64,000 nucleotides of DNA from Selaginella moellendorffii (lineage: Eukaryota; Plantae; Lycopodiophyta): contig NW_003314392.1 in the NCBI RefSeq assembly GCF_000143415.4, positions 220,390 to 284,389 on the forward strand, written 5' to 3'. Within the stretch, counting starts at the first letter, position 1; each line of letters opens with the position of its first letter. The notes beneath the pieces are model-generated. The model made no database searches. It saw only the letters and a list, made by a program, of their open reading frames with translations, and was not told where the DNA came from. Position numbers and translations under genes: made by a program. This document shows, piece after piece, positions 59,707-64,000 of the stretch.

Positions 59707-60592
59707 TCAATTGCTTGATGCTATGCGCTTGCAATTGAACAACCAAACTCAGTTGATGGCGGCGTTCACGGCACATGGTACAACTCCTCCTGCTTTTGGT
59801 GGCAATCCTCGCGTTCGGCCGGAGTTCTTTCGTGGGAATCTTGGGGATGATGTGTACCATTGGTTCGATCACTTCACGGTGATTGCCACATATCATTCTT
59901 AAGATGACGCTCGACGTTTGCGTGAGTTCCCCACATGTCTCCAAGGGACGGCATTGCAGTGGTACAATGGATTGAGCGCAGCTACTCGTGGCGATTGGAG
60001 TGTTCTTCCGGACGTCTTCAAACGCGCCTTCGGACACGCCGACGATTGTGATGATGCCTTCCAACAATTGCATCGTCTTCGCCAAGGGCCATCTGAGTCG
60101 GTGATGCAATTTGGTGTTCGTTTCCGAAGTCTTTTGCTTCGTGCGGAGCCAAATATGTCGGAGCGGATCAAGCTAGGAATGCTGTGGCCAGCACTTCGTC
60201 AAGATCTTGTCGGACTTGTGCATGCACTTGCTCCTGCCACTCTTGACGATGCTCTTCGCTTGGCACAACGTTATGAGACGTCGCCTCTTCCACTTCTTGC
60301 TACACGTCCTTCAGCTCCACTTCCTATGAGTGATGGTCCTGTTCCCATGGAGGTTGATGCTGCTGCTACTCGAGTCCAAGGACAAGGGCGAGGACGTGGT
60401 CGTGGCCGTGATGTTCGTTGCTGGGCGTGTGATGAAGTTGGTCATACTTATTGGCGTTGTCGGCGCTTTCCAGATTGGCGACCTCCATTTCCTGGGTGGA
60501 GACCTTGGCGTCAGCAACGTCCCGTTGGTGCTACTGTGGTGGAAGGTTTGGATACCGAGGTGCATTCGGGAAACGAGGAGTCGCGCGAGTAA
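59660..60592 (+). pseudogene. Family X gag with one premature stop (59900-59902)
   Basis: PEFFRG..DVYHWF, LQGTALQWY, LRQGPSESVMQF, PVPMEVD, zinc knuckle CWACDEVGHTYWRC. Confidence 0.9.
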
Positions 60593-60631
60593 TGGAGGGA
60601 CCTTGCGCGAATAAGTTAGTGACCCCTCCAT
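60568..60631 (+). promoter_or_regulatory. -1 programmed ribosomal frameshift signal (slippery heptamer plus H-type pseudoknot)
   Basis: G_GGA_AAC in the gag frame; 6-nt spacer; stem 1 60581-60589/60602-60610; stem 2 60592-60599/60624-60631. Confidence 0.85.
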
Positions 60632-63600
60632 CTTTCTTTCGGGAGTATCATCAAGGGGTTCACTCGGCACCGGTTCATCCAGTGTTTACTTTTCAAGCTC
60701 GTTTTTATAACAAGAGGTCTCCTATTCTTCTCTCCGTGTTGGTTGATACAGGTTCGAATTTATCTTCTATTGCTCGACCTGTTGCCACACGTTGTCGTCT
60801 ACACTTGCGTCGTGCGGCAGATCCAGTTTTCATTCTTTATGGCAATGGCCGTACACGTGCATGTGCACGAGATGAGGCGGACCTGGTTGTACGTGTGGGT
60901 GATCTCGAGCTTGAGTTGCAGTCGTTGCGGGTGGTGCCGAGTCAAGCTTTTGACCTCATTCTTGGTATGGATTGGTTGCAGCACAATCATGCCAAGTGTG
61001 ACTTTGAGGCTTCTCCCCCTTGTCTCATACTTCCTTATGTTTCATCTATTCCTCTCACTTCCGTACCTCTTCGTCCCTCTATTTCTACCTCTGCTTCCAT
61101 TACTTTTGTTCCCCCACTATTTCCTCTTGTGTTTCCATCTTGTTCTGCTCTTCCCTTTTCCAATCCCTCCAATGATCTTTGTGTTGCAGCTGTTGACCAG
61201 CTCATGAAGGAGTATTCTGATCTCTTTGAATTTGACCTATCGTCTGGGGCCAAGATTGCCACACGTCATCCCATTCCAACTGGGGATGCTCGTCCAATCA
61301 AGGTTCCTGTTCGTCGTCGGTCACCCAAGGAAATCAAGATTTTACGTGCAAACGTTAAGGAGATGTTGGAGAAGGGTGTTATTCGGAAGTCGCGGAGTCC
61401 TTGGGCATGTGAACCTCATCTTGTGACAAAGCCTGATGGGAGTATTCGTTTCTGCATCGACTATCGTCCGTTAAATGAAGTGACGATCCCGGACGTGTAC
61501 CCTCTTCCTCACACTGCTGATCTCTTGGATCGTCTGGAGCGAAGTCGTTGGTTCACCAAGCTAGATCTTGCTTCTGGGTATTGGCAAGTACCGATGGCTG
61601 AAGAAGATATTCCTAAGACTGCTTTTCGTACACCATTTGGTTTGTACGAGTTTTTGGTGATGCCGTTTGGTTTGAACAATGCTCCAGCAACTTTTCAGCG
61701 GATGATGGACGAGGTTCTTTGCGATATGCCGGAGGTGACGGCTGACTTCATTGATGATGTTTTGATCCACTCGGAGGGGACCTGGGAGGAGCATGTTCGT
61801 GATGTTTGTAAAGTGTTGGATCGGCTACGCGACGTTGGTTTAAAGCTGAAGCGGTTGAAGTGCGTGTTTGGGTCCAAGGACACAACTTATCTTGGGTACC
61901 GTATTTCTCGTGAGGGTTTGCAAGTTGATCCTGACAAACTTGTGGCTGTTTTAAAGTTCCCTACTCCGAAGTGTGTGAATGATGTGCAGCGCTTTTTGGG
62001 GCGCTTTTTGGGTAAGGTGCAGTATCTCGGTCGTTTTGTGGATCATCTTTCCGATCGCACTACACCATTGCGAGCGTTGCTGAAGTCATCAACGTCATCT
62101 TTCATCTGGTCTCCTGATTGTGAGCGGGCATTCGTGAATCTCAAAGAGCTATTGACGACTCCTCCGGTTTTGGCATATCCTGACTACACTCGACCTTTTA
62201 TTTTGCGCGTGGATGCTTCTGACATTGGTCTTGGAGGTGTGTTGATGCAAGAGAGCTCGAGTGTGCCTGGTCAGCGCCATCCCATTGCATACATAAGCCG
62301 TACATTACAACAAGTGGAGATGAACTACTCCACGACGGAGAAGGAGTGTTTAGCAGCAGTCTGGGGTTTCGAGAAACTTCATGCATATCTATATGGTTCT
62401 TGGACGTTACTTGAAGGTGACCATGCTGCTGTTACTTCATTATTGAAACGGAAGAACCTGGTTGGTCGTACGGCTCGATGGGCTTTGAAGCTTCAGATAT
62501 ATGATTTCGATGTTGTTCATTGCCCAGGGAGTTCAATGGCTAATGCTGATGCCCTTTCTCGAGCTCCTCTTCCTTCTCCACTCCATTCTCATGTTTATGA
62601 CGAACCTGTTGTTCCAGCATCTGTGGATTTTCTAGATGAGGATTCTGTGCCGTCGGCGGTTGCTGTCCTTGACGTTCAGTGTCCACAGGGCGTAGAGCAA
62701 GATCTACCTTCTCTGGATGAGGTTCGCGAGGCTCAAAAGATTGAGCCGTGGATTCGAAGGCTTCGAGATGGGTTTGAGAATCCTGCATCACTTGCTGATG
62801 ACTTGCCTTTTCGGCATTTACATTCTCAATATCGCCTTGAAGATGGCCTTCTTTATTTTGTGGGGACGGATCCTGATGATCATTTACGGCTAGTGGTGCC
62901 TTCGGTGTTTATTCCGCGGTTTCTCCATGCCTACCATGATTCTCCTATTCTAGGTGGGCATATGGGACACCGTCGTGTCACCGAGAAGCTGCGCAGATCT
63001 TTCTATTGGCCAGAGATGCGACGTGATATTATCCGGTATGTGCGTAGCTGCGTTTGGTGTCAAGCTCGTAATACTCCCCCTTGTGCTGCGGAAGGATGGT
63101 TGGAGTCAATTGCAGTTTCTCGTCCGTTTGAGTTGGTGGCGTTTGATCTTATGGGACCTTTTCCGCGATCAACTGCTGGCAATGAGTATGTTATTATTGC
63201 TTCTGACTACTTGACTCGTTGGGTGGAAGTTGGTGCTCTTGCTAGTGCCTCTGCAATTGCTGTTGGATACTTCCTCCTCAATCGAGTGGTGTTCCAGCAT
63301 TCTTGTCCAGAGCGGATTCTTTCGGATAATGGTCCTGCATTTATGGCTGAGGTATTTCATGTTTTGACATCTCGGTTGGGGATACGCCACACTTTTACGA
63401 GTGCTTATCATCCACAATCAGACGATCTGGTGGAACGGCTCGTTCGGACATTCAAAGGGATGATTGCGAAGTATGTGAACTTTCAACATTCGGATTGGGA
63501 TGGTTATTTGCCGTCTCTTCAGTATGCTTATGTCACAGGGGTGCAGAGTTCTATTGGTGCTTCACCATATAAACTTCTATATGGTCATGATCCAATATTA

Positions 63601-63954
63601 CCAACAGAGCTGGGTTTACCTTTGCGATTGCCACGAGCTCCTGATGCTAGGTCATGGGATCAATATTTGACAAGCATTCTTCCACTTGTCCGAGCAGAGT
63701 CTGTTGAACACTTAAGCCGCGTACAAGTGGGACAACAACGGCACTACAATTCCCATCATCGTCCACCTGCGGAGTACAAAGTGGATGATTTGATGTTAGT
63801 CCGTTTTCCCCATCTTACGGTACGTGGTTTATCTAAGGGGCTCCTTGCGCAGTGGAAAGGACCGTATCGGGTGTTGCGGCAAGTTGGACCACAAGTTTAT
63901 GAGGTTCGGCATAACATTCAGCAGGCCGATCCTCCGGAGATTGTGCATGTGTAG
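60568..63954 (+). CDS. pol: Family X pol (protease, RT, RNase H, integrase) in the -1 frame relative to gag
   Basis: LVDTGS, LDLASGYWQ, MPFGLNNAPATFQ, DFIDD, VDASDIGLG, HDSPILGGH..CVWC, FDLMGP, LSDNG, LVER. Confidence 0.95.
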   Translation, partial: GKRGVARVMEGPCANKLVTPPSFFREYHQGVHSAPVHPVFTFQARFYNKRSPILLSVLVDTGSNLSSIARPVATRCRLHLRRAADPVFILYGNGRTRACARDEADLVVRVGDLELELQSLRVVPSQAFDLILGMDWLQHNHAKCDFEASPPCLILPYVSSIPLTSVPLRPSISTSASITFVPPLFPLVFPSCSALPFSNPSNDLCVAAVDQLMKEYSDLFEFDLSSGAKIATRHPIPTGDARPIKVPVRRRSPKEIKILRANVKEMLEKGVIRKSRSPWACEPHLVTKPDGSIRFCIDYRPLNEVTIPDVYPLPHTADLLDRLERSRWFTKLDLASGYWQVPMAEEDIPKTAFRTPFGLYEFLVMPFGLNNAPATFQRMMDEVLCDMPEVTADFIDDVLIHSEGTWEEHVRDVCKVLDRLRDVGLKLKRLKCVFGSKDTTYLGYRISREGLQVDPDKLVAVLKFPTPKCVNDVQRFLGRFLGKVQYLGRFVDHLSDRTTPLRALLKSSTSSFIWSPDCERAFVNLKELLTTPPVLAYPDYTRPFILRVDASDIGLGGVLMQESSSVPGQRHPIAYISRTLQQVEMNYSTTEKECLAAVWGFEKLHAYLYGSWTLLEGDHAAVTSLLKRKNLVGRTARWALKLQIYDFDVVHCPGSSMANADALSRAPLPSPLHSHVYDEPVVPASVDFLDEDSVPSAVAVLDVQCPQGVEQDLPSLDEVREAQKIEPWIRRLRDGFENPASLADDLPFRHLHSQYRLEDGLLYFVGTDPDDHLRLVVPSVFIPRFLHAYHDSPILGGHMGHRRVTEKLRRSFYWPEMRRDIIRYVRSCVWCQARNTPPCAAEGWLESIAVSRPFELVAFDLMGPFPRSTAGNEYVIIASDYLTRWVEVGALASASAIAVGYFLLNRVVFQHSCPERILSDNGPAFMAEVFHVLTSRLGIRHTFTSAYHPQSDDLVERLVRTFKGMIAKYVNFQHSDWDGYLPSLQYAYVTGVQSSIGASPYKLLYGHDPILPTELGLPLRLPRAPDARSWDQYLTSILPLVRAESVEHLSRVQVGQQRHYNSHHRPPAEYKVDDLMLVRFPHLTVRGLSKGLLAQWKGPYRVLRQVGPQVYEVRHNIQQADPPEIVHV

Positions 63955-64000
63955 CAGTTAAAACGCTTCATACAAAGGGATCAGGAGCAGTTAATACTGT

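Larger units (their letters stand above)
57893..64000 (+). mobile_element. Young Ty3/gypsy element of family X; runs off the right edge; 5' LTR 57893-59175 interrupted by Y
   Basis: LTR termini TATGAG(=TGTGAG)..CTCACA; PBS TGGTGGAGGTGAGGGG at 59177 (tRNA-Ala-like); gag and pol follow. Confidence 0.88.

Overview
This is eukaryotic land-plant nuclear DNA. The ~50-60 bp introns, extreme gene packing and intronless PPR genes with short motifs suggest the lycophyte Selaginella (inference). Bases 1-31 kb are a very dense gene block: DnaJ-like, RAPTOR, F-box/Sel1, TPR, At3g49140-like, two PPRs, DDA1/SAP, two WD40s, a class III peroxidase, ABHD18, SnRK2, DPP-IV and several pseudogenes. Many intergenic gaps there are only 47-111 bp. 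Bases 31-51 kb are a nested LTR-retrotransposon island. It holds relics of a gypsy family I call X, a tandem non-autonomous LTR family Y whose interior looks like an antisense eroded gag-pol, a degenerate gypsy W, a full-length defective chromovirus Z with a TSD, and a 5S-bearing Cassandra TRIM. Bases 52-57.7 kb hold two tail-to-tail overlapping PPR genes, gene fragments and a divergent pair of secreted cysteine-rich genes. Bases 57.9-64 kb are a young family-X gypsy element with a tRNA-Ala-type PBS and a -1 frameshift slippery site plus pseudoknot. The most striking observation is that the 5' LTR of this X element is interrupted at a palindrome by family-Y sequence showing the same LTR end (U5) on both sides within one 5-bp TSD. 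Y also abuts X at two other places in the window, which suggests a retroelement that targets another retroelement. All calls come from reading the sequence by eye; no database searches were run and exon boundaries are approximate.
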